Shown: piece after piece, positions 48,450-58,794 of the stretch
How positions within the stretch are numbered: the stretch's first letter is position 1
How the letters are laid out: the number at the start of each line of letters is the position of its first letter
From: Spirochaetia bacterium
GTDB taxonomy: Bacteria; Spirochaetota; Spirochaetia; UBA9216
Direction: 5' to 3'
DNA: 64,000 bases
NCBI GenBank assembly: GCA_965140585.1
Contig: OZ223268.1
Location: 32,001 to 96,000 of the forward strand
Notes under the pieces: model-generated
Database searches by the model: none
What the model was told of the DNA's origin: nothing
What the model saw: only the letters and a program-made list of their open reading frames with translations
Made by a program: the position numbers and the translations under genes

Positions 48450-48489
48450 AAAATTTATAGTATTGACATGAAACGTTTAGAGTAAAATA

Positions 48490-49209
48490 ATGGATTCAAT
48501 TATGAAAAATAGAAATATCAGCGTTCTGCTTCTGGAGGATAATCCCGCCCAGTATGCCCTGCTTTCCGCATATCTTGAGAAGGAAAATTTCAAAGTTGTT
48601 CATGCCGGCTGCATTAAAACCTTTAAAAAACTTATAGAAACTGAAAACATCGATCTTGTCCTGCTTGATCTCAATCTTCCTGACGGTGATGGATTACAGC
48701 TGATAAAAAACATTAAATCAGTTCACAGGCTTCCGGTTATCATAATTACATCACGCGATACAATAGAAGACAGAGTTATCGGTCTTGAATCGGGTGCAGA
48801 TGATTATATCTGTAAACCCTACCATCCAAGAGAGCTCATTATCCGAGTTAATAAACTTCTTAAGTCTGAAGGAGAAATATACACTGACGCTCCTGATAAA
48901 ATTATGCTCAATGATTACATTTTTGATGAGGAAGCCCACTGCTTCCTGGATAAAGGCGGATACTGCATAAAGCTTACCCCGGGTGAATATACAATTATGT
49001 CATCACTTTTAAAAAATAACGGGCGCATATTATCCAGAAGCCAGCTTATTGATACCGCTTTCAGCAGAATTGAATATCCGACAGACAGAAGCATAGATGT
49101 TCTTATCTCCCGGCTTAGAAAGAAATTCCCGGTAGCCGCTGGAGAGCCTGAAATAATTGAAACAATAAAAGGCTTCGGCTACCGGATAAACAAGAATATT
49201 CTAAAATAA
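48490..49209 (+). CDS. OmpR-family response regulator
   Basis: LLEDN, LDLNLPDGDG, GADDYICKP, RSIDVLISRLRKK...GFGY. Confidence 0.93.
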   Translation: MDSIMKNRNISVLLLEDNPAQYALLSAYLEKENFKVVHAGCIKTFKKLIETENIDLVLLDLNLPDGDGLQLIKNIKSVHRLPVIIITSRDTIEDRVIGLESGADDYICKPYHPRELIIRVNKLLKSEGEIYTDAPDKIMLNDYIFDEEAHCFLDKGGYCIKLTPGEYTIMSSLLKNNGRILSRSQLIDTAFSRIEYPTDRSIDVLISRLRKKFPVAAGEPEIIETIKGFGYRINKNILK

Positions 49210-51120
49210 GTCTGCAAAAACACTCAGGAAGGGATATCCGCCGTTGGCTGAACTGTAGATATCCCAGATATCATCTGTACCTGTATCATCATCAGGATCC
49301 CCGGCAAAATCCCATGCTGTTTCCAGATCATCTCTTTCAGCTCCATCGCTGTCAGTCAGTTTTGTAAAGGTTGAATCAGTGGTCATTTCATCGCTTGTTT
49401 TTGCGGTCCCCTTCCCGGTATCAGCCATTCCGGTAGTTTCTGAATCATAAAAGCAATCCGTTACTGTACCTGAATTAAGTCCTACGACGCCTCCGGTATC
49501 ACTGCTGCCGGAGACTGCTCCTGAAGCATAGGAATAAGAAACTGTACTGTTGTTATTGTTACCGACAAGTCCACCTACTGAACCGTTCCCTGAGACAGTT
49601 CCGGCTGCATAGCAATTGGTCACAATACTGCTGTTTAAATTAAGACCGACGAGGCCGCCGACCTGAGTTAATGAACCTTTAACGGTACATTCAGAATAGC
49701 AACCTGATATCTCACCGCCGGAGTTATTCAGCCCTGCCAGACCGCCTATATAATAATATCCTTTACCTGTTACAGAACCGGCAGAACGGCAATACTCAAT
49801 GACTCCGTCATAGTTTAACCCGGCTATTCCTCCGCAGTACCCCGTACCGGTAATCGAAGAGTCAGAATATGAATATTCAATATTCCCCTTAGAGTTATAC
49901 CCAACCAGTCCGCCGCTGCGATACGAAGAACCGGTTACCGTTGCTGTACTGTAAGAGTTTGTAATTGTACCGCTATTATATCCGGCCAGACCTCCTGTAT
50001 TGTAAACCCCGGAAACGGTTCCTGACGCGTAACAGCTGCTTATCTTGCCGCTAAGATCTCCTGCAATTGCTCCTGTATTTTCACCGCCTTCGACATCTGC
50101 ATCAGTAAGCCCCAGCAAATATAGCTCACCGCTCAGCCAGCCGAAAAGTCCCTGATAATCGTCGCTTGAACTGATTTTCAGATTTGAAATAGTCCGGTTA
50201 TTTCCGTTTAACTTGCCTGAAAATTTTGAACTTCCGTCAGCACCGTAATTTCCCAGAGGGGTCCAGCTCACAGCGTCGAGATCTATATCGTTCATAAGTA
50301 TGTAAGCCCCGGAAAGTGAATTATTCATATTCTGCAACTCTTGTGCGGTACTCACAAGGGTATAACTGTCTGAGCTTCCGGAGGCCGAGGTCCTGATATA
50401 ATTGATAACTGCATCAGAGCTGGTTTTATCATCATACAGGCCGGACATACTGACAGTATAAATAGTTTCCGATTCCAGGCTGTCAAAAGAAAATGTCCCG
50501 TCACCGGGAGCAAACGAACCGCTTGAAATTGAATTACCATCAGTTAATTTAAAGACAATACTATACAATTCTTCATCCTGCAGATCTGCCAGCGTAATTG
50601 CAATGGCACTTGAGGTTGTTGATATACCGGTAATATTATCCTGAGTAAGCGAGTCTGAATGATCGGCAGCCGTTTGCGGAAAAATCGCTGTAATAATACC
50701 GGAATCAGCAGCATTGCTAACCGAAGAAGCCCCGCTAACTGTAAAAAAATCAGCAGACAGCCCTGTAAAAGTATAAGCATCTTTAGCGGTAAGTGTGATT
50801 GTCGCTGTGTATACTGTTTCAGCCTCAAAGGTTGAAGGTGAATCTGACCATACAATACTGCCGGTAAATTCATCAGTTGCCGTCACAGATGAAACCGGGA
50901 CCTCTCCATAAACCGGAACCGCTACACCGTTTATTTCATGGATTGTAATGAGAGTATCGCTACCATCATCTGTTGTAGAACTGTCAGTATCTGTATCTGC
51001 GTCTGTATCTGTCAGTTCTGAATCAGGGTCATCAATTATTAGACTGTCATCGCAGGCCATAAAGACAGCAGATAGAAACACTGCGAGTAAAAAATAAAAA
51101 AAACTACATTTTCTTTTCAT
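49201..51120 (-). CDS. GLUG-motif lipoprotein
   Basis: Lipobox FMAC; YILMNDIDL...WTPLG...ISNLKI...GLFG; repeated GGLVG.N...I...Y..G.V.G. Confidence 0.88.
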   Translation of the reverse strand: MKRKCSFFYFLLAVFLSAVFMACDDSLIIDDPDSELTDTDADTDTDSSTTDDGSDTLITIHEINGVAVPVYGEVPVSSVTATDEFTGSIVWSDSPSTFEAETVYTATITLTAKDAYTFTGLSADFFTVSGASSVSNAADSGIITAIFPQTAADHSDSLTQDNITGISTTSSAIAITLADLQDEELYSIVFKLTDGNSISSGSFAPGDGTFSFDSLESETIYTVSMSGLYDDKTSSDAVINYIRTSASGSSDSYTLVSTAQELQNMNNSLSGAYILMNDIDLDAVSWTPLGNYGADGSSKFSGKLNGNNRTISNLKISSSDDYQGLFGWLSGELYLLGLTDADVEGGENTGAIAGDLSGKISSCYASGTVSGVYNTGGLAGYNSGTITNSYSTATVTGSSYRSGGLVGYNSKGNIEYSYSDSSITGTGYCGGIAGLNYDGVIEYCRSAGSVTGKGYYYIGGLAGLNNSGGEISGCYSECTVKGSLTQVGGLVGLNLNSSIVTNCYAAGTVSGNGSVGGLVGNNNNSTVSYSYASGAVSGSSDTGGVVGLNSGTVTDCFYDSETTGMADTGKGTAKTSDEMTTDSTFTKLTDSDGAERDDLETAWDFAGDPDDDTGTDDIWDIYSSANGGYPFLSVFADLF

Positions 51121-51170
51121 CCCGAATACTCCGATTGTTATAAATTTCTATTCCTGAACGTACCAGCGGG

Positions 51171-51214
51171 GTGTAAACAGAAAGGCAACCGTATGTTAAC
51201 AGTAGGTAAATACT
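51171..51214. promoter_or_regulatory. 11-bp-phased direct repeats sharing ATGTTAACAG with 48428
   Basis: GTGTAAACAGA/AAGGCAACCGT/ATGTTAACAGT/AGGTAAATACT. Confidence 0.6.
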
Positions 51215-51221
51215 TATTAAA

Positions 51222-53426
51222 TTGATTGACATTGATAACAAGCTGAAAAATAATACTGATAAAAGAAAAGGCAGCTCTGAAATGACAGATAAAAACACGA
51301 CTGATTCTCTATACAGAATTAACAGGCTCACCGGGGAATTTACAAATCGGCAGATTGAAAGCAAGTTCACGGAAATCTCCTGGCCCGGGATTTCAAAAAA
51401 GCTTATTATTGCTTTTATACTCTGTGCTGCAAATTTCCTTCTTTCCAATAACATTCAGGGTCCCGGGGAATTTCCGCAATACCGGACACTCATTGTCCCT
51501 ATCACCAAAGGCTTTGCAGTATTCCTCTTAGCTGCTGCTGTCGCTGTAAAAAAAAGCAGAAAATATTACCTCTGGCTTCAGATAGTGGTCTCTCTGTCAG
51601 AAATTTTCATCGGACTGCAGTCAGCGGCCAACCATTATTTTTTTCTTACATACATCAACAAATTCTATGATATAGGCACATCATTTATTGTGTTCTATAT
51701 TCTTATCTTCTATATAGTTGTTCCGAACAGGCTCTTAACAATCCTGATTACAAATGTCACAATTGCAGTACTGTTCACCTTTATAACGAATCTCAGCGGG
51801 CTTACATCTTTTTCAGACATCTTTTCCATATCCATGTATTTTGCAATTGCAAATGCACTTGGCTATGTGATCACCCTATCGAATAACAGGGCAAGGCGTG
51901 AAGAATACCATCAGCGAATTCAGCTTAGAGCGGCTCAGGATGAAGCAATCGATGCCAGGAAGATGGCCGAAGAAGCAAATTCAGCAAAGAGCCGCTTCCT
52001 TGCAATGATCAACCATGAGATGCGGACTCCTCTGAATGTTGTTGTGGGCGGCATACAGATACTCGAAAATGACGGACTGAATGCCGGTCAGCAGGACACC
52101 CTGACCATGATAAAAAATTCGGGCGAACTACTGAAAGACCTCATAAGAAATGTGCTTGATTTCACCGATATGGAACGCAATCAGATCCAAATCAGAAGTG
52201 AAATCTTCTTACTTGATGATCTGTTTAAAGAGCTTCAGAATATCTACACCCTGATGGCCGAAGAGAACAAAATTGATTTTATACTGACAGATGAGCTGAA
52301 TGAGTTCAGACCGGTAGAGGGTGACCCCATGCGGCTTCGTCAGATTCTTACCAATCTTTTAAACAATGCATTTAAATTTACAAGGGACGGTTCGGTCTGT
52401 CTGAAGATTGCACCTGAAGCAGCAGATGATTCACAGTTATTATCAGTCAGGTTTTCAGTTATAGATACCGGAATCGGTATCTCTGAAGACCAATTCACAG
52501 AGATAATAAAGCCTTTCACACAGGTGGAACAGACAGCCACAAGGAATTTTGACGGCAGCGGACTGGGGCTGGCCATTTGCAGTGAACTTCTCAATGCAAT
52601 GGGAAGCAGGCTTGAAATATCAAGTAAGGAAGATTCGGGCAGTACATTCAGCTTCATTCTTAGCTTTAAAATATCAAAGCTTCAATCCGGTGCAGTATCA
52701 GCTATACCCGAAACGTCCTGCAAAATTCTGCTTATCGATGATATTTCAGCTAACTTGAAAATAGCCGGCAAACTTTTGGAGGCTCTGAATCAGAGTGTTG
52801 TATGCTGCAGCAGCGGACAGGAAGGAATAGAAAAGATTTCTAACGAAGATATTGATATTGTGTTTATTGATTTTCATATGCCCGAAATGGACGGCTTTGA
52901 AACACTGAAAAGAATAAAGCAGAAAAAGCCTGATATAACCGCCTTTCTGATGACTGCAGATACCAGAGAAGAAATTCTTAGACTGGGAGAAGAAGCAGGA
53001 TTCTCCGGCATAATAAATAAGCCGATTGATTCAGCACAATTGTATGAAGCAGTAGCAGAAAGGAACCTGAATTGTAATTCAAAAAATAATAAAATCAGAA
53101 TAATTTCAGGAGCCTCTAAAAGTATCGATACTGAATATCTTCTTCAGATAAAAAAAGATCTGGGAGAAGAGGTTTTTGCTGATGTAATAAAATCATGTAT
53201 TAAAAATCTGGAAGATACTGTAAGGCTACTGGAAGATAAAGAATCAGGATACGGGCCGCAGGAGCTCATTCATCAATTACTGGGTGTTGCCGGAAACTAC
53301 CGTCTTAATGCTGTTGTAAAAACACTGAAGACCTTCAGGAGTGAACCTTCAGATTTTAATCCTGAAAAGCTGACCGATCAGTTGAGAACTGCAGTCAATG
53401 AACTAAAAGAGCTGATACCTGAATAA
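51222..53426 (+). CDS. Hybrid histidine kinase (multi-TM, HisKA, HATPase, REC, short Hpt-like tail); start may be 51282
   Basis: NHEMRTPL, RLRQILTNLLNNAFKFT, GSGLGL, IDFHMPEMDG, LIHQLLGVAG. Confidence 0.92.
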   Translation: MIDIDNKLKNNTDKRKGSSEMTDKNTTDSLYRINRLTGEFTNRQIESKFTEISWPGISKKLIIAFILCAANFLLSNNIQGPGEFPQYRTLIVPITKGFAVFLLAAAVAVKKSRKYYLWLQIVVSLSEIFIGLQSAANHYFFLTYINKFYDIGTSFIVFYILIFYIVVPNRLLTILITNVTIAVLFTFITNLSGLTSFSDIFSISMYFAIANALGYVITLSNNRARREEYHQRIQLRAAQDEAIDARKMAEEANSAKSRFLAMINHEMRTPLNVVVGGIQILENDGLNAGQQDTLTMIKNSGELLKDLIRNVLDFTDMERNQIQIRSEIFLLDDLFKELQNIYTLMAEENKIDFILTDELNEFRPVEGDPMRLRQILTNLLNNAFKFTRDGSVCLKIAPEAADDSQLLSVRFSVIDTGIGISEDQFTEIIKPFTQVEQTATRNFDGSGLGLAICSELLNAMGSRLEISSKEDSGSTFSFILSFKISKLQSGAVSAIPETSCKILLIDDISANLKIAGKLLEALNQSVVCCSSGQEGIEKISNEDIDIVFIDFHMPEMDGFETLKRIKQKKPDITAFLMTADTREEILRLGEEAGFSGIINKPIDSAQLYEAVAERNLNCNSKNNKIRIISGASKSIDTEYLLQIKKDLGEEVFADVIKSCIKNLEDTVRLLEDKESGYGPQELIHQLLGVAGNYRLNAVVKTLKTFRSEPSDFNPEKLTDQLRTAVNELKELIPE

Positions 53427-53472
53427 ACCCCGGAGCCGGGCTCTCAGGATTTATCCGATATTCCAGCTATGC

Positions 53473-54642
53473 TTATTTCTTTTTTCTGTCTTTCAGCAGT
53501 GCTGCAAATGGATTATAGGTATCAGCATCAGATTCAGGCTCCATATATTTTCTGCTTTCCTCATCGTTGAGGATTGTTGAGGCAGGCTTTAATGATAGCC
53601 GTCTTTTGCCCTTATCGATACTGTTTATCAGTACTGTAAGGGTCTGTCCGGGCTTCAGTTTGGCTGCCGTCTTACCCGATCTTGAATCAGCCTCAAGTTC
53701 TGAAATGTGAATCAGTCCGTCCAGTCCGGGTTCAAGCGATACAAAAGCACCGAAGTTTGTCACACGTACAACAATACCTTCGTATTTGACTCCTCTGTGA
53801 TACCGTTCATCAACATCTTCCCAGGGATCAGCTAGAAGCGCTTTCATACTGAGGCTGATACGCTCGGACTTCCAGTCGATACTGAGAATTGAAGCCTTAA
53901 TTTCCTGGCCTACCTTCAGTACAGCGTTAATATCCTCTACACGGTCACGGCTTATTTCTGAAACCGGAAGAAGGGCCTGGAAGCCGTCAATATCAACGAA
54001 GGCTCCGAAATTCTGCAGCCGGGTTATTGTTCCGTTGACGGTCATTCCCTCTTCCAGATTCTTTTTAAGCTCTTCAATCTGCTTCTCATGCTCAGCCTGC
54101 AGAATTGCTCTGTTTGAAACCAGGATATTACGTCCGCCCTCTTTATACTCAATAATCTTAAAAGTAAGTGTCTTGCCAATCCAGTCCGCCGCGTTTTCAA
54201 TACGCTGCATGCCCAGTTGGCTGTAGGGACAAAAAGCCCTGGAATCACCTATAGTGATTTCAAATCCGCCCTTAATTTCCTTTTCAACAATGCCTTCAAC
54301 CGGTATACCGTTTTCATAGGCGGTTTCCATTACCGCTTTTGCAGCCTTGTCACCGCTGATTTTAGTTGTAAAATGCATCTCTCCGTTTTTTGCAGAGAGA
54401 AAAAAGACCTTTATTTTATCGCCGGCTTCAGCGGTAAGGTTTCCGTCTTTATCAATCAGTTCCGCCCGGTCCATCAGGCCTTCACTCTTGCCGTTCAGCT
54501 GAAGAAAAACCGTATCTCCGGAAATTGAAACTATCTCAGTCTCAATCTGCTCTCCGGGTCTCATTGATTTGCTTTCAGTAAAACTCTCCTCCAGCATTTG
54601 TGCAAAGTCATTTTCATAGTTTTCTGAGTCAGGTTTATCCAT
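53473..54642 (-). CDS. rpsA: Short 30S ribosomal protein S1-like protein (four S1 domains; probably a paralog)
   Basis: FAQMLEES, KSEG, RAFCPYSQL, NILVS.R, FGAFVD...LLPVSEIS, FGAFVSL...GLIHISEL. Confidence 0.8.
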   Translation of the reverse strand: MDKPDSENYENDFAQMLEESFTESKSMRPGEQIETEIVSISGDTVFLQLNGKSEGLMDRAELIDKDGNLTAEAGDKIKVFFLSAKNGEMHFTTKISGDKAAKAVMETAYENGIPVEGIVEKEIKGGFEITIGDSRAFCPYSQLGMQRIENAADWIGKTLTFKIIEYKEGGRNILVSNRAILQAEHEKQIEELKKNLEEGMTVNGTITRLQNFGAFVDIDGFQALLPVSEISRDRVEDINAVLKVGQEIKASILSIDWKSERISLSMKALLADPWEDVDERYHRGVKYEGIVVRVTNFGAFVSLEPGLDGLIHISELEADSRSGKTAAKLKPGQTLTVLINSIDKGKRRLSLKPASTILNDEESRKYMEPESDADTYNPFAALLKDRKKK

Positions 54643-54863
54643 ATTTGTTATTTACTCCATTTTCAGTGGTATTATACAGAATAATAAAATATTTTTAAAT
54701 CCTCTGCGGCGCCAAGTATCCATATCGGGCTTGAACATCTTTGCATATTCACATATAGTGACAGCTCAGAGCCGTGATACAGCCAAGGCTTATATTCACG
54801 GTCCCTTCTTTTCCATGTTGTCCGGCGGGTAGAGATTGATAAAAAACCCGGACCAGGAAATAA

Positions 54864-56261
54864 ATGAATAACAATAATTCTCACACAAAGACAAACAATC
54901 TGCAGGGTGTTTTCAATATGTTGCGCCCCGAAATACAGAAGGCTGTAGCCCTTAAGGGTTATACTGAACCCTCTCCGATACAGGAACAAGCAATTCCGCA
55001 TCTTCTTAAAGGCTGTGATCTGCTCGGCAGCGCACAGACCGGAACAGGTAAAACAGCGGCATTTTCGCTTCCCCTGCTTCAGAAACTTGCACAGAACAGC
55101 ATGAGGCCCCAGAAGAGCACTCCGAAAGCCCTTATTCTTGCTCCCACACGGGAACTTGCAGCACAGATTGGTGATAACATAAAATCATACAGCAGATTTC
55201 TGAGAGTAAGCCACGCCGTAATTTTCGGCGGAGTAAGCCAGCATCACCAGATAAAGGCTCTTAACCGCGGAGTTGATATCCTTGTGGCAACACCCGGAAG
55301 ACTTCTTGATTTGATGAACCAGGGCTTTATTCACCTGGAAAGTATTGAAGTCTTCATCCTGGATGAGGTTGATCGTATGCTTGATATGGGATTCATCCAC
55401 GACATAAAAAAGATAATCGCAGTGATTCCGGAAGAGCGTCAGACGCTGTTTTTCTCGGCTACAATGCCTCCGAAGATCATGACGCTTGCAGAAACACTTG
55501 TAAAAAGCCCTGTCATGATAGAAATTACACCCGAACAGCCGGCTGTCGAACGGATAGACCAGAGAGTGCTCTTTGTTGATGAAAAAGATAAGGATGATCT
55601 GCTGAAGCTTGTTCTCAAAGACAGTGAGATAAGCAAAGCAATAATCTTCACCCAGATGAAACATGTAGCAAACAGGGTTGTTGACAAGCTGACATCAGCC
55701 GGAATCGAGAGTGCGGCAATTCACGGAAACAAAAGCCAGGCAGCCAGGGTTAAAGCTCTGGATGGTTTCAAGAAAGGCCAGATCTCGGTTCTTGTAGCCA
55801 CTGATGTAGCAGCCCGCGGAATTGATGTAGAAAACATAAGCCATGTTATAAATTACGATATGCCGATGGAAGCTGAAACCTATGTACACCGTATAGGCCG
55901 TACAGCAAGAGCAGGAGCCGACGGCATCTCAATATCCTTCTGCTGTGCCGAAGACCGTGCTTATCTGAGGGCAATTGATAAACTGCTTGATGTTCCTGTT
56001 CCGGCCGACATTAATCATCAGTATCATTCCGATACCGCACAGAACTCAACCCTTCCCGCTCCCAAAAACTTTGGAAGAGGCAGAGCCGACCGCAGACCGG
56101 GCGGCCAGGGAGGACAGGGCCAGAGAAGACCCGGCGGTACTCCCGGCCAAAACAGCCGGAATGCCTCAGGAAGAAATTATTCAGGCGGCAGAAACGGAAA
56201 CCGTCCTTCCGGTAATTCCAACCGTTCAGGTAACCGAAGCCGAAGCAGAAATCAGGCTTAG
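54864..56261 (+). CDS. DEAD-box RNA helicase (RhlE-like; DEVD variant) with basic disordered tail
   Basis: PSPIQ, AQTGTGKT, PTRELA, TPGRL, DEVD, SAT, HRIGRTARAG. Confidence 0.95.
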   Translation: MNNNNSHTKTNNLQGVFNMLRPEIQKAVALKGYTEPSPIQEQAIPHLLKGCDLLGSAQTGTGKTAAFSLPLLQKLAQNSMRPQKSTPKALILAPTRELAAQIGDNIKSYSRFLRVSHAVIFGGVSQHHQIKALNRGVDILVATPGRLLDLMNQGFIHLESIEVFILDEVDRMLDMGFIHDIKKIIAVIPEERQTLFFSATMPPKIMTLAETLVKSPVMIEITPEQPAVERIDQRVLFVDEKDKDDLLKLVLKDSEISKAIIFTQMKHVANRVVDKLTSAGIESAAIHGNKSQAARVKALDGFKKGQISVLVATDVAARGIDVENISHVINYDMPMEAETYVHRIGRTARAGADGISISFCCAEDRAYLRAIDKLLDVPVPADINHQYHSDTAQNSTLPAPKNFGRGRADRRPGGQGGQGQRRPGGTPGQNSRNASGRNYSGGRNGNRPSGNSNRSGNRSRSRNQA

Positions 56262-56455
56262 ACAACTGAGGGCGGGTCATTTACACGGCCTGCCTGCATT
56301 AACCATACGGCGGGGATGAAAGTCTTTTCAGGAAGCAGTATAGAAGTTACTGTCAGGAATAGAAACAGCAGAGTTACAATAAGTTCCAAAGCCGGCCAAT
56401 TTTTTACTTTCATAAGTACAGCTTATCATGGAATACTTTCAAGCTGTACAAAATT

Positions 56456-57058
56456 TCAATCGGCCTTTAATCCGTACTTCATGAGCTCCACAAAATCATT
56501 CAGAAATTCAATAGACTGGTCCAGTTCCGGTTCTTCATCCCTGAAAAATATATCATCAAAAGATGCAAACAATGAACTCATAACCTTTTGAATAAATTCC
56601 GGTGAAAAGTGTTTTCTGAAACAGCCTGATTCATAATATTTTGCAATAAGCGAACTCAGCCCGGATTCCTCTGCAGCATCAAGATCTTTTAAAACCTGAC
56701 TATAAATCTCAGTCCCCTTTTCTCTTGAAAGCAGTATTCCCAGTTTATGATATCCCGGATGAGCAGCAGCGAACCTGACACCGCTTTCCGCCTGTTTGAG
56801 AAAAAACTCAAAGATGTCCCCGGCCCCGGAGTCATCACCAGTTTCAGCTTTTATGAATTTCCACTTTTGAGAACTTGCCTCCCTCAAAAGAAACAGGTAC
56901 AGTTCATACTTATTCTGAAACCGGTAGTAGAAGGACCCCTTTGCTATACCTGCATTTGAAATTATCCTGTTCACTGAAGCTTCTTCATAGCTGTGCACTG
57001 TAAACTCTTTCAGGGCCTCCTCCAGAAGCCTGTTTTCATCAATTTCCTTTCTGGCCAC
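56456..57058 (-). CDS. TetR/AcrR-family regulator
   Basis: ALKEF..HSYEEASVNRIISNAGIAKGSFYYRFQNK. Confidence 0.9.
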   Translation of the reverse strand: MARKEIDENRLLEEALKEFTVHSYEEASVNRIISNAGIAKGSFYYRFQNKYELYLFLLREASSQKWKFIKAETGDDSGAGDIFEFFLKQAESGVRFAAAHPGYHKLGILLSREKGTEIYSQVLKDLDAAEESGLSSLIAKYYESGCFRKHFSPEFIQKVMSSLFASFDDIFFRDEEPELDQSIEFLNDFVELMKYGLKAD

Positions 57059-57937
57059 TCATACCTCTCCAAGCTCCGGAATATATTTTTTAGTGAGAGT
57101 CATGACATCATCAATATTCCGCCTGCTTCTGCTGTATCCGGATGAAGAAACCTCTTTACATTTTTCATCAAAATATTTTCCCGTTATGCTGCGGTACTGC
57201 TCAGAAACTGCAAGTTCGGTATAGGTTTCAGCCATCTTTTCGGGGCTGATAGATTTTTTTGCTTTGGCTGCATACACCTTTTTCATGAACTCCGACAGTT
57301 CCGCATGCCGGGATATATCAACTTTCACCGCCGTTACACGTATACAGTTGACTCTTACATCTGTATTCTCAAGCCTTTCCGCCAGACGATAGGTGTACAT
57401 AACCTGTGCAAGCTTGGACTGATAATAGGCATTTACGATACTGAATTTTCTGCTTTTAAACTCCGGGTCTGCTGTATCAACTTTCATAAATGGTTTCGCA
57501 AGAAGGCCCTTTGATGAAACCATCAGAACCCTGCCGTTTTCACTTTTTTTAAGCTTCTCAAGCAGTAATTCAGTAAGCAGAACCGGGCCCAGATGGTTTG
57601 TAGCCCAGACGGTTTCAAGACCTTCAGAGTTTTCCTTCCGCTCTTTTTGTGTAACATTAAATACCGCAGCATTATGAATAATCACATCAAGCTACTCAAA
57701 CCGGCTTGAAAAATCAGCTGCAAACGATTTGATTGATTCAAAGCTGCCCATATCAATTATGGCAAGTTCCGCGGAAAGACCGGATTCCAATTCCATCAGC
57801 TCCCGCAGAGCCGCCTCTCCCCGTTCACGGCTTCGGCAGGCAAGAATTACATGCATGTTCTTCTGTGCTATCTGAAAAGCCGCCTGCCTGCCAATTCCGG
57901 CGTTGGCTCCTGTGATTATGCAAATTTTCTTTTCCAT
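57059..57937 (-). pseudogene. SDR oxidoreductase (retinol dehydrogenase-like) interrupted by a single in-frame TAG
   Basis: TGANAGIG...SRFE*LDVIIHNAA...TNHLGP...YYQSK in one frame; TAG at 57692-57694. Confidence 0.85.
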
Positions 57938-57954
57938 CAATTAAGCCTCCTTTA

Positions 57955-57984
57955 TAGACCTTCCGGTCTAGACTAATAGGCCTA
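57955..57984. promoter_or_regulatory. Tandem TetR-type operators
   Basis: TAGACC-TTCC-GGTCTA (57955-57970) overlapping TAGACT-AATA-GGCCTA (57969-57984), just upstream of RBS AAGGAGG. Confidence 0.75.
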
Positions 57985-58036
57985 ATATAATACAGCATTA
58001 CCACTTTATCAAATTTTAAAGGGGATTTCTGTTAAA

Positions 58037-58771
58037 TTACGACCAGAGAGAGGCAATAAATGGATTTGGAGTTCTGTTTTCCGACGAACCGCTCAGATTA
58101 TGAGCACCAATCTGCACTGCAGCAGCATTCTTCCATTCTGAGACTTCCTTTTCATTCAGATTGATATACTCAAGCCTGGTTTTATAATGAACCTCGGAAC
58201 AGCCGCCGGCTTCTTCCCATGCAGAATAAAACGGTTTACAGCTTCGGCGGGCAAGTTCACCCATATGCGTTCTGTTAATGGTAAACCAGTTCAGCTCTGT
58301 AATACAGGCATAGGACCATAAGTCTTTTGAGGACCCACCGCATGAGACTGAATGGATGTAAGCCATACGGCCGGCTTCAGCATCACCCCAGCCCTTTAGA
58401 ATAAACTGCAGCGGAATGCAGAAACGCCAGGTTATACCCTCAGGGAACCTGAATAACATCTGAAACTCGGCATTACCGGCCTTTGCCCCCTTGATACCCT
58501 GAAACTTTACAGCCCGGGTTTCAACATCATAATCCATTAAAACATTAATGGCTGAATTGCCGAGCCTTCTGAAACAGCTTACCCGGTTATTCATCCGTTC
58601 ATTAGCTGCAATCAGAAGATCAACGGCTCCGTTTTTTTTACTATCGCTGCTGTTTGCATGCTTTTCCAGATACTCATCCAGCATACGAAGAACCTGAATG
58701 GTGGGAATTAAAGGAAGAAGGGAGTTGCAGTTTCGACTGTCTAAAAATTTGAATTTCATAATTATTTCCAA
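58037..58771 (-). CDS. Hypothetical protein
   Basis: 244-aa ORF filling the gap; no confident family. Confidence 0.65.
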   Translation of the reverse strand: MEIIMKFKFLDSRNCNSLLPLIPTIQVLRMLDEYLEKHANSSDSKKNGAVDLLIAANERMNNRVSCFRRLGNSAINVLMDYDVETRAVKFQGIKGAKAGNAEFQMLFRFPEGITWRFCIPLQFILKGWGDAEAGRMAYIHSVSCGGSSKDLWSYACITELNWFTINRTHMGELARRSCKPFYSAWEEAGGCSEVHYKTRLEYINLNEKEVSEWKNAAAVQIGAHNLSGSSENRTPNPFIASLWS

Positions 58772-58794
58772 GTATATCCCGTAAATCTGTAATT

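Noticed and set aside
51104-51454. 116-aa minus-strand ORF
   Set aside because: Overlaps the kinase 5' end and the regulatory repeats; no recognisable features.
22678-57694. Alternative genetic code suggested by in-frame stops
   Set aside because: The three stops differ (TAA 22678, TGA 40452, TAG 57692) and all three codons end normal genes in the window.
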